Part shown: one piece after another, positions 18,521 through 29,200 of the stretch
Position numbering within the stretch: the first letter of the stretch is position 1
Layout of the letters: every line of letters begins with the position of its first letter
Origin: an uncultured Anaerolineaceae bacterium
GTDB taxonomy: Bacteria; Chloroflexota; Anaerolineae; Anaerolineales; UBA4823
Assembly (NCBI GenBank): GCA_964606085.1
Contig: CAZSFD010000014.1
Span: 3,469-67,468 of the forward strand
Length of the DNA: 64,000 bases
Direction: 5' to 3'
Made by a program: the position numbers and the translations under genes
The notes under the pieces: generated by a model
Seen by the model: the letters and a program-made list of their open reading frames with translations, nothing else
Told to the model about the DNA's origin: nothing
Databases searched by the model: none

Positions 18521-19444
18521 TCACCCTCCGCGGCACCACGCCACCGTTTGACGAAGCGCCTCTTTCATCGGCGTTGGTTTCAGCCCAAAAGCCTTTTCTG
18601 CCTTGCTGCTGTCAATCACATACGGCGCAGTCCACTCGAACATCATCTCCACCGTTTCGGCCATTTCCTTATTGAACAGGCCCAAAAAGCGCATCGTCAG
18701 CGGCCCGCCCACCATCGTCTTGATCGGGCGGCCCACCTCAGCCTCGATCAGTTTGACGAAATCGGCTTGCGTCAATGCCGGGTTGGTGGGGGCGAACCAC
18801 ACCTGGCCGAGGGCTTCATCGCGCGTCCCCAGCGTGGCCAGCAGGCGGCCAAAATCGGGGATGTAGCTGAACGAATGCGGCTGGTCGGTGCGCCCCATCA
18901 GATTGACCGTTTTGCCCTGCACACCCGGCTGGATGGCGTAGCCCGTCAGTGCTGTATCATACGGCCCGAAGAAATCGGAGGCGCGCCCGATGGCGGCGCG
19001 CACCGTGCCGCGGGCATGGGCTTCCAGCACCTCCTGCGCCATGGCCGCCCGCACGCGGCCCTTTTTGGTGTTGGGCGCAACCGGTGCATCCTCGCGCAGG
19101 CTGCCGCTGAAGTGGCCGTACATGTACAGGTTGTCGCCCACCACCAGCTTCGCCCCGTTGGCTGCCGCCGCCTCGACGATGGCGCGCTGTAAGGGCGGGA
19201 ATTTTTCAGGCCATTCGTAATAATGCGGCTGGGCGCATTGGTAAATGGCCGCTGCCTCCTGGGTCAGTTCGATATTCTTCGCCGCATCGTACGCATCGCT
19301 GGCGATCACTTCCGCACCAGCCGGTTGATCGGCCATCTGGCCCGACCGGTTGATCAGGCGTACACGTTTGCCCATGTCGAGCAGTGCCTGTGCCGTCCAG
19401 CGACCCAATGGGCCGGTGCCAAAAACAACATGTACTTCAGCCAT
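18521..19444 (-). CDS. NAD(P)-dependent epimerase/dehydratase (SDR superfamily)
   Basis: N-terminal Rossmann motif VFGTGPLGRW. The length and overall pattern fit atypical SDRs. Confidence 0.75.
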   Translation of the reverse strand: MAEVHVVFGTGPLGRWTAQALLDMGKRVRLINRSGQMADQPAGAEVIASDAYDAAKNIELTQEAAAIYQCAQPHYYEWPEKFPPLQRAIVEAAAANGAKLVVGDNLYMYGHFSGSLREDAPVAPNTKKGRVRAAMAQEVLEAHARGTVRAAIGRASDFFGPYDTALTGYAIQPGVQGKTVNLMGRTDQPHSFSYIPDFGRLLATLGTRDEALGQVWFAPTNPALTQADFVKLIEAEVGRPIKTMVGGPLTMRFLGLFNKEMAETVEMMFEWTAPYVIDSSKAEKAFGLKPTPMKEALRQTVAWCRGG

Positions 19445-19445
19445 T

Positions 19446-20150
19446 TCATGCCTCCTGCGGATTGATAAGCATTTGTCTATGGATCATTTCAATTTCCCGG
19501 CGAAACACTTCACCTGGATCGGTGATGAATGACGGCATCTGGTTGCCAATTTCCAGCGCGACCAGGCCGTGTACCCGGCTGGCGATGGTCAGTGCAGCGT
19601 ACAGGATTTCGACATCCACCCCGCCCACGGCGGCACTCCAGGCTGCGAGCATGGCTGTCAACGCCGGGGTGCGCGGCGCTAAGCGGTCGGTGCGAAACTG
19701 CCCGGCGGCATGGAGCGCCCGCAGCGTTTCGATCAGCGGTACGAAGGCCGCCGTCGCTGCCGGCAGTGTGATTTCGGCAGGGGCGTGGTAGCCGGGGATG
19801 GGCGTGCCGAAGATCAGTTGGTAGCGTTGGGGGTACGTCACCGCCCATTGGCGGTAGGCCAGGCCGAGGGCGGTCAAGCGCGCCGGGCCGTCTTCGGGCG
19901 CGCAACTGCCGATAGCCTGCATCTGCGCATTGCCCAGCGACTCGAACGCCTCCACGATCAGCGCTGTCACCAGCGCATCTCGGTCGGGAAAATAATTGTA
20001 GATGGCGGGGGCGGTGATGCCGATCTCGCGGGCGATGGCGCGCAGGCTGAGCGCCGCCGCACCGCTCTCGGCGATCTGCCGCCAGGCCGTCTCTTTGATC
20101 GTTTGTGGCAGATGGCTTTGTTGTTCTGTTTTGCGCGGGCGTGGGGACAT
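19446..20150 (-). CDS. TetR family transcriptional regulator
   Basis: N-terminal HTH LSLRAIAREIGITAPAIYNYFPDRDAL. AAGGAG lies upstream of the ATG. The stop is 1 nt before the SDR gene start. Confidence 0.9.
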   Translation of the reverse strand: MSPRPRKTEQQSHLPQTIKETAWRQIAESGAAALSLRAIAREIGITAPAIYNYFPDRDALVTALIVEAFESLGNAQMQAIGSCAPEDGPARLTALGLAYRQWAVTYPQRYQLIFGTPIPGYHAPAEITLPAATAAFVPLIETLRALHAAGQFRTDRLAPRTPALTAMLAAWSAAVGGVDVEILYAALTIASRVHGLVALEIGNQMPSFITDPGEVFRREIEMIHRQMLINPQEA

Positions 20151-20163
20151 GGCAGTCTCCTTA

Positions 20164-20215
20164 AATAAATAAACGGTGTATATTTATTAAGATAAATATA
20201 CACCGTTTATTTATT
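20164..20215. promoter_or_regulatory. Perfect 23-bp AT-rich inverted repeat (terminator and/or operator)
   Basis: AATAAATAAACGGTGTATATTTA (20164-20186) and TAAATATACACCGTTTATTTATT (20193-20215) flank a 6-nt loop. The repeat sits between the giant ORF stop (20231) and the tetR RBS and ATG (20150). Confidence 0.7.
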
Positions 20216-20230
20216 GTTGTCAAGGCTGTT

Positions 20231-23200
20231 TCACGGCCCGTTGCGGAAGATCAGCGGCAGGTAGATTTTGCGCAATGTCTCCTCCTCGCCCATGGTCAGC
20301 GTGGCTGTGGCGTTGGCGCTGGTGCTGCTGCCGGTGGCCGTGGCTGTCAGCGTGTATGTGCCATCGCCCGATGGCGTCACCCACACCAGCAGGGTGGCGG
20401 TGGCGTGGGCGGGCAGCGTGAGGGTGGCGCTGCTCAGGCTGAGGCTGGCCGCGGGATCGCTGGTAATGGACAGGTCGAGGGTGGCCAGCGTGGAACCGGT
20501 GTTGGTGACGACCAGGCCGAAAGCGGCACTGCCACTCTCGATGCTTTGTGTGGCGGGCTGCCAGGCGAGTTCGACGCCCTCCAGCGGGGTGATGGTCACT
20601 TCGGTGGTGGCTTGATCTTCGATGGCCGGCTGCGCTGTGGATTGGGCGTGGAGGCCGAGGAAGGCCGCGCCGGCGATCAAGCCATCCAGCCCGCTGACCG
20701 TCACCTGCACCGTCTGCGACTGCCCGGCGTTCAGCGTGACCGAGGCCGGGCTGAGCGTGGCAAACGCTGCCAGCGGCCCGAAGGCGGCCAGGTCGAACGT
20801 GCCGCTTGAACTGCCGGGGTTGCTCACGTTCACCTGCCACACGCCGCTGCCATCGGGTTGGAGGCTGGCCGGGCCGCCGGTGAAGGCCACGCTCACACCC
20901 AGGCTGCCCACCTGCACCACGCCATCCCCCGTGGCCGCCGCCCGCGCCGATTGTGCGGTGACGCCGACGGCATAGCTGCCCGGCGCAGCCGTGGCCGCCG
21001 GGCTGACCAGCCATTGCAGCGTGACGGCGTTGCCCGCGCCGGGGGCCACCAGCACGGCGCTGACCGGCTGGCCGAGCAGGGTCAGTTGGCCGCTCCAGCC
21101 TGCCGGGAGCGCCGCGCTCAGGTTGTAGGTGTCGGGCAGGCTGCCCAGGTTGGCGATGACCACGGTGAGGGCGGTCAGCGCGCCAGGGCCGGATGCGGCT
21201 GTTGCCGGGTCGAGTGTGACGGCGACGAGGTGGGCGCCTTCGCCGCTGATGACGGCGGTAGCGCTGGCGCTGGCCCCCGTTGCGGCGTAGGCGGCGATCA
21301 CGGTGAACGGGTTGCCGCCCTCGCTCACCGCCTGGGCGCTGAACGAAATTTCTGCGGCGCTGTTGGCGGGTACGCTGACCTGGGCGGGCAAATCGAGAAC
21401 GGCCAGGCCAGAGAAGGCGAGATCGTAGGTGCGGGCGGCGGCTTCGAGGTTGGTCACGGTCAGCGTGTAGGCAGCGGTCTCGCCGGTGGGTACGCCGGCG
21501 CTGTCGGGGGTGATCTCGACCAGCAGCGCCGGGCCGGTGAGGGTGAGAATGCCGCCGGCCTGATCGCCATCCACGAACACGCCAAAAGGCAGGCTGGCGG
21601 GCGTGGCGTCAGGGGCAATGGCGGCGGTGAGCGGCACGGTCACTGCGCTGTTGGCGGGTACGTTCACCGGGTCGAGCGGCCCCCAGGTGACGCCCGGCAG
21701 GGGGGTGACGCCGGGCGTGTAGAGGACGCCGGAAGGCCCTGGGTTGGAGAGCGTCACGTTGAACGTAACCGTCGCGCCGTTCGGGGCGGCCTGTTCTGCC
21801 GGGTCGAGGGCGATGATGTGCGGTACGCTGACGTACAGCGGCGGCAGTTCGAGGTGATTCTGGCCCGATGGCAGCGTGTAGTCAACGGATGTGGCCTGGG
21901 CGACGAGGCGGGTTTCGCCGGGTTGCAAGTCGGCAAGTTGGACATCGAAGGTACGCGTGATGACGGGGGTTTCCCAGGTTTGGGCGTAGTCCCAGGTGAA
22001 GGTGGGCAGGGCCAGGGTGGAAGGTTGCACGTTGAAGGTGTCGGTGAGGACGGTGAGGCTGTCCAGCCCGACGGTGTGGGTGAGGGCGACGGCGAAGGAG
22101 AGCATGGGGTAGCGCAGGTGAGTTTGCGTGCGGTAGGTGTTGTGAACTTCCCAGCTATTTGGCTCGCTGAAGGGCAGGCTCAGATCGTCGTTGATGTTGG
22201 TGATGTGGTAGGAGTGCTGGTTCCACAGCGGGCGGGCCTCCGTCCACAGCGGGCCGTTGCCAAAGACGCGCAGGCCGCGCAGGGCGGCTACCACCACTTC
22301 GGCCTGGCCGTCGTTATCTACATCGGCAATCAGGGGGTAATCGGTGCCGGTAAACGAATTGGCTAACGGTTCGTCGAAAAGCACATCGCCGGTCGCGCCA
22401 TCGAAAATCGTAAAGCCCTGCTCTTTCCCGTTCCAGGCCACTTCGTAAATGCCATCGCCATCCAGGTCCATCACCGCGGCGTTGTTGGCGGAGGTGCTGT
22501 CCTCGGCGATGACGCTCCACAGCAGCGAGCCATCGGCGTTGAGGGCGTAGAGCTTGCCGAAGCGCCCGGTTTCGAACTCGTGCTTCATGCCGGTAACGAT
22601 TTCGATCTCGCCGTCGCCATCTATGTCGGCGATGGATACGCCGCCGGGGTTGCCCGCTTCGAGCGGGGTCGTCCAGAGCAGCGCGCCGTCTGGCCCGTCG
22701 AGGACGGTCAGCGCGCCGTTGTGGGCGAAGGCCGCTTCGGGGCCGGGGTCGCCGCCGGGCTGCGCGCCATCTATATCGGCCACGGCGGGCGCGCCGAAGG
22801 TGCCGGCCATTGTCGAGGTCAGTGTGGCGCTCCAGGCCAGTTGCGGCGAGCCGTAGTTGAAGTCGTAGACGAACACTTCGTCGTCCCAACCGGTCAGGAC
22901 GATGTCGAGCAGGCCATCGCCGGTGAGGTCGGCCAGCACCGGCGGGTTGACTTCTTGGGGGTAGACGGTGCTCCACAGCAGTTCGCCATCGTGGGCGCGC
23001 ACTTCGAGGCGGTTGCCGGCGTTGACGACGATTTCGGGTTCGGGGTCGAGGTCGAGGTTGGCAATGGCCGGGGCGGTGAGGGTCTCGAAGATGCTGACGG
23101 TGTCGGTGACCCAGTAGGTGCTGCCGTCGCCGTGGAAGGCGTAGAGTTGGTCGCCCGCCGCCACGACGATCTCCGCGCCGGGCAAGCCGTCCAGGTCGCC

Positions 23201-26200
23201 CAGGGCGGGCGAGCTGACCCAGGTGCGGAAGGTTCCGCCGCCGAAGTCGTGCGACCAGACGATGGGGTCGCCGTCGCCGGTGTCGCCGCCATCGCCGCGA
23301 TAGACGAAGAGCGTGCCGAAGTTGATCACATCGTCGGCAGAGACCACGATTTCGGGCCGGCCGTCGGCATCTACATCGCCAACGGCCATACCGGCGGCGA
23401 TGCCGTAAGTGCCGAAGAAGGGCGCGCCGTTGCCGGCGGGGGTGTCATCCCACCATTCGGCAATCGGCTGGTAGGGCAAGGCGGGCTGGTTGGCGGCGAA
23501 GCCATCCACGCGCATCTCCCACACATTATGGACGCGAATGCTGTGCGGGCCGTAGGGCAGGCCGGTGTAGTGGAAGGCCAGCGGCTGAACGCTGAAGGGG
23601 TAATCGAAGCGGATCGTGTCGGTGAGAACGCCGTCTATGTAAATTTCGGCATGGGTATTGTCATTTACCGACAGTCCGTACACGGTGACGGAATCGCCCA
23701 CGAAGCTGTACCAGACGTTGCTGTTGCTGTTGGGCAGGCCCGAGTCCACGAAGTCACCCTGAAAGGCATTCGGGTGGGCGGCGTCGCTGGCCGAACTGCT
23801 GACATGCACGCGCGCCGATTCTTGGCCGCGCCGGGCGTTCTGGAAATCGTCGCTGACGGGCGAGCCGTCCCAGAACTCGACGTAATCGAGATAGACCTGG
23901 TTGTAGCCGTTGGGCGGGTCGGAGATGCCCAGCACGGTGATGGTGACGGTGTGTGTGCCGGTGATCACGTCGAACGGGTACGCGGCAACATCTTCGCCTG
24001 GCGTGTAGGCGTTGATGCTGCCGTAGCTCACGCCGTCAATGCTCACATCGGCCAGGCCGCCGCGGTTGCGCGTGCGCAGGCCGATTTCGAGCCAACTGCC
24101 GTAAAAATCGAAACTGACGGTATTGCCAGGGGTGTTGGATACGGCGTAGGCATACTCGCTGGCCTGCGGGGCGTTTTCGGCTCCCCACGTGTTGGGGCGA
24201 TGGGTGAAGGGGGAACCGTTGTAGCGCAGGGCGGGGTGGTCTTCCTCATAGCGCACCAGGCCGGTGTCGCTGGGCGGGTCGTAATCGGGGCCGACGGCGG
24301 GGGTGATGAAGGCGTCCACGTTGGCCTCGCCGCGGAACGTGCCGATCTGCATGACGTGAGGGCCGGGGCCGAAGCCGCTGAACGAGTAGGTGCGTGTGAC
24401 CGGCTGCCCGGCGTAGATCAGCACGTCGCCCTGCCACACGCCATCCACCCACACATGCACGCGGTGGCTGTCGTAGCGGGCGAGCGCCACGAAACTGGCC
24501 GAATCGCCGGTGAAGGGCAACCAGGCCGACTGGTTGTTGTTGATTGCGCCGTCTTGCATGTAACTGCCGCCGCTGGCCTCAGCCTGCGTGACCGTGAACC
24601 ATGCGCCGGGCTGGATCATGATGCGGGGATCGTTGTGTTCGTACAGGCCATCGGGGTAGAGCGTGCCATCCCAGGTATCCACGTAGTCAATCTTAATCTC
24701 GGCGCCGCTGGCGTTGGGGTGCGATTGACCCGTGACGACGATCTCCAGCGTGTGCGCGCCTTCGCCCAGTCCGCTGAAGGCGGCGCTGCTGGCGCATTCG
24801 CTGATGAAGCACTGCTGCACCGGGTGGTACAAATCCACCGTGCCGCGGCTGATGCCATCCACGAAGATTTCGGCAATGCCGCCGTTGCGCGCCTTCGCGA
24901 AGCCGATATGCACCCACGCGCCGTTGAACGCCAGGCTGGCCGTATCGCCCGGCGTGGCCGAGGCCGTATAGCTGCCGTCGCTCAGGTGCGAGGCGAAGAT
25001 GTTGCTGACGGTCGCCCAACTGCCGGTGTAAGCGAGGGCGGCATTTTGGGTGCGCGTGATGGCGAAGGTGGATTGGGGGGCGAGGGGAGGAAAGGAGATT
25101 TCTGATTGTTGATTGTTGATTGCTGAATTCTGATTGCGTGATTGCGTGATTGGGTGATTTTGCGGCACGATGCCGGGGATGATGATTTCGGTCGTGATAG
25201 CCGTGGTGACGGTGAACTCGCCGGGCGGGACGAGGAGCGGGGTGGTGCTGTGCGAGACGCCCAGCAGTTGGCCCACACCCAGGTAGGCGTAGTTGCTGCC
25301 CGTGGGGATCAGGCTGCCATTGCCATCGAGCAGTTCCACCGTGACGGTGTAGATACCGGCGGCCCAGCCGGAGGTATCCACGGTTTGCAGTTCGTAGCTG
25401 CGCGGCGCACCGACCCGGATCGTGACGGGCGTCTCGCTGCTGTGCGTGAGTGTGCCATCGGGTGCGCTGATGGCGGCGCGGGCGGTGGCGTTTTGCACAA
25501 TGTTGGCGATATTGGCGACATCTACAAACAGGGTGGTGCTGCTGCTGCCGGTCTCGACGAAAGCAGGCGTAGGCCGCACCGCCGTAATCTGCACAAACTT
25601 ATCCACCACGTTGAATTTCGCCGGGCTGTACGCCGAAATTTCACCGTGAGCGACGACCGTCACCGCCGCTTCCAGGTCATACACCCCGACAGCCGGCTGG
25701 ACGAGGTTATAGGGGCGGGTTTCCGTGCCGCCGGGATCGAGCGTGACCTGGCCGCCTTCGAGCGTGCCGCCGGGGAGCGAGACGGTGAAGGCGTAGGTGG
25801 TTTGCAGGCTGCCGCGGTTGGTGAGCGTGAGGGTGTAGGGAAGCGTCTGGTCGGTCAGGGCTGCGCCGTAGAAGGGCGTCCAGCGCAGTTCGGGGGCGTG
25901 CTGGCTCCAGGCGCACACTTCGCCATCCAGGGTGGTCACGGCGGCGCTGATCGCCTGGAGGTCGGCGGTCACATCGGCGGGGTCGGTGTGCGCGGCGAGG
26001 GAATCGGCGGCGGCAACCAGGGCCGCCGCGCCATCCAGTCCGTCGTGGACGGCCCCGGCGTAGAGCGCCACGCTGTAGGCGGCGCTGACGACCTGATCAC
26101 GCGGGATGGGGTGGCAGTCGCCGTTCTGGCAGGCGCTTTCGAGCGTCGTCATTGCCAGGGCCAGGGCATTCAGCGCCGCCGAAAGGCCCGGCTCGCCAAG

Positions 26201-29200
26201 CGTGCAGACGGTGGCGGCATTTTCCGATGCCTGGAAGACGGCCCCCGACAACTCGCTGACGATCTGCACGTTGGCAAGGGCATACTGCGTGTAACTGCCC
26301 GGCGCGGGGCTGCCGATGACGAGCGGGAAGCGCACACCCAGCGGCAGGTCGCTGGCGGCGGTGAAGGTGGCGGTTTGGGCGGCGCTTGCGCCTACGTCCA
26401 GCGTGACGGGCGAGGTCAGGCCGGTCACGCTGCCCACGTTAGGCGGTAAGATGACGTTCAAGGGGAAGCTGCCGGGGGCGTTGCCGACGTTGGTTATCGA
26501 AAGGTCGAAATCAGCGGCGGTGTTGGGGGCGAGGTAGAGGGTTGAAGGTTGGAAAGTTACAAAGTTGAAGGGTTGGGAGGGCATGAGCCAGTTGATCGTG
26601 GCCGAGTCGGAGAGCGCGCTGCCATCGCTGGCGCTGAGGTTGAGGGTCAGGCTCGTGCCGGGAGCGGGCAGGGTGGGCGGCGAAACATACAGGCCGAGCG
26701 TGGCGCGGGCGTTGGGGGCCAGGCTGAGGCTGGTGGCGCTTTGGCGCTCACCGTTTAAGATCAGCCAATCTGCTGGCGCGCCGGTGATGTTGAGGGTGAT
26801 GGTTTTGGGCTGCGAGGTCAGGTTTTCCACTTGCAAGCGGTAAGCGGCGTTGGGCACTTCGCTTTCGCCGTCGTTGGTCTCGTTGGCTTTCGCGTCGAGC
26901 AGGGCCGCACCGACCGGCACGCTGATATTCGGTTCAGCTTGCCAATCCAGGGTGATGGCGTTGGCGTTGGAAACGCTAATGGTGGTCTCGATGACGGCGG
27001 TGGCTTCGGGGTGCTGGCGCGCCTGGCCGACGATGCGCACGGTGTAATTTCCGGCGGCCACGCCCGGCAGGGGGGTGACGAGCGCTTCGAGCGTGGTTTC
27101 ATCGAAGGTCAACAGGAAGTCATCGGGCGCATAGGCCCACACATCCACCAGGCCAGCAAAGTTGGCCGCGGCGCTGATGTCGAAGGTGTGCGTTTCGCCA
27201 GGCAGTACACTGCCCGAAGGCGGCGTCACATCGAGGCTAAAGGCAGGCGAGCCGCCGCCGCCATCGGTCACTTCAATCACGCGCCCACCCCAGCTTTCAC
27301 CGGCGAAGCCGTCGTGGTAGCCAAAGGGTATCTCTGGCAGCGGGATGGGGGCCTGATCGGGGTAACGCAGGGCAAATTGTTCGATGCCGCAGGTTTCACC
27401 TGGGCAAAGATAGGCCGGCAGGTAACGCCATGAGGCGGCCTGTGGGCGCAGGCCGGGGCCGGGCGGCGACCAGCCATCCAGACAATTCGTCGGGCCGCCG
27501 GGGTTGCCTCGCAGCGCTGGCACCACGGCTTGCTCGATGCACGTCCACAGGTCAGAGACGGCCTGCTGAATTTCAGCGCCATCTTGCACGAGCAGGGCGA
27601 AATCTATGATGTTGGAGAGCATTTCATACTCGACCGCCGAAAGATGCAGCCCGTTCTCCATCACGCTGACAGTCTGGCCGGTTTGCGGGTCCACTTCCCA
27701 CCAGCCCAACACGGCCGCGCCGTCTACCATCACCGGCGCGGCGGGGATGAGGATGGCTTTGCCCTCCAGCAGGGCTTTTTCGGCGTAGGCGTAGGATGAA
27801 CCGGAGAAGTACAGTCCAAGCAGGGCGGTATCGCCGGGGGCAATCCACACCGGCTGGATGCCCTGTCCCGCCATCTCGTCGAAGAGGCGCGAGACGGTCA
27901 GCGGCGCCTGGCCGGTGAGCCGGAAGATGGCCTGGCCCTCGAAGTACGACTCGGCCACGCCTTTCAGCCATTGGGCGCTAAAGGCCGCCTGGGGCGACTG
28001 CCCCGGCGCGACCACGATTTTAGCCTCCGTCGAACGCAAATCTAACGCTTGGTAGACGCTGCCATCCGACTGCCGGGCGCTGCTGGCGATAATAACGCGT
28101 GGCTGTTCGTACACCCATTTGACCCGCAGCGAGGCTTCGATGTCGCGCTGCGTGCTGTCGGCCAGTTTGGCAAACTCCAAACCGGCCAGGGCATACTGCT
28201 CGTTACGCGCCTGAATATATTTGAGCATCATCTCGCGCAAGGCTGCCCCGCCGGCGGGCGTGCTGAGGTCGGCGGGCAGGTTTTGGGTCATTTGGGCGGT
28301 GGCGAGGATGGCGCGGGCGTTTTCGGCCTGGGCTTTGCGGGCGTATTGCTGATTTTTGAGCGCGTTGGGCAAGAACCAGGCGGCGAAGAGATCGTCGAAG
28401 GTGGCGAAGGGGGCATTATCGGCGGGCAGGGCGATGACCGGGTTGCCGCCGTGCAGTCGGGTTTCCAGGCCGAGCAAGTCTTTCAGTTCACGGGTGAAGC
28501 TATCGGTGACATTGCCGTTGCCATCCTGAATGGTCACGTGCAGCCACTCGGCCAGCGTGAAGTGGGAGGCCAGCGGGAAGTTGGTCAGCAAATCCTGGAA
28601 ATCGTCGCCCAGGAAGAGAACCTCATCGCCACCGACGGCGAAATAGGGCGTGTAGGTGTGCAAAATATTCGTCACCACGCCGCCCTGGATTGCCGTGTTG
28701 ACGATATGCCCAAAGGTGACGGCTTTGGCGGCCAGTTCGGGCATGGCAAAGGTGGCGGTGAGCGGGGTAAACGAAGTCAGGTTGAGGCCGCCCACCGGGA
28801 AACTGCTGTACTGCTCCACCTCGAGGGCAAAGGTGACGCGTTGACGCGTGGCGTCGGGCAGTTCGGCGAGGCGGTCGTTGCTGCCCGGCGTGGCGAAGAC
28901 ATCACCCACCTCGGCCTCGGCAAACGATGGGTCGAGGTTCGTCCAGCCAGAAGCGGGCAGGTAAGCCTCCACCCACCAGTGATCCTGGACGAGGGCGAGC
29001 AGGGCGGCGTCGTTGGCGGGGTCGGCGGTGGCCGCGCCAGCGGGCAGGTATCCGGCCACGCCCTGCGCCGCCGGGAACATGCCGTTGATCAATACCTGGG
29101 CATCTGCGGTGGAAAGCGTGCCGTGGCGGTAACGCGCCGGAATGCCCGCCGCACGCAGCATGGCGATCAGCAGGCTTGATTGGTCGAGGCTGTTGCCGGC

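Noticed and set aside
20164-20215. AT-rich palindrome as terminal inverted repeats of an IS element or MITE
   Set aside because: The arms are separated by only 6 nt and enclose no cargo. No target-site duplication is evident. A terminator or operator reading is simpler.
20858-29179. Long plus-strand ORFs inside the giant gene (20858-22366, 22580-25105, 25142-26449, 28049-29179; 376-841 aa)
   Set aside because: They are antisense shadow ORFs of a GC-rich gene. The translations are Gly/Arg/Ala/Val-rich low-complexity strings with no motifs, no SD and no signal peptide. The minus-strand frame has clear domain structure throughout.
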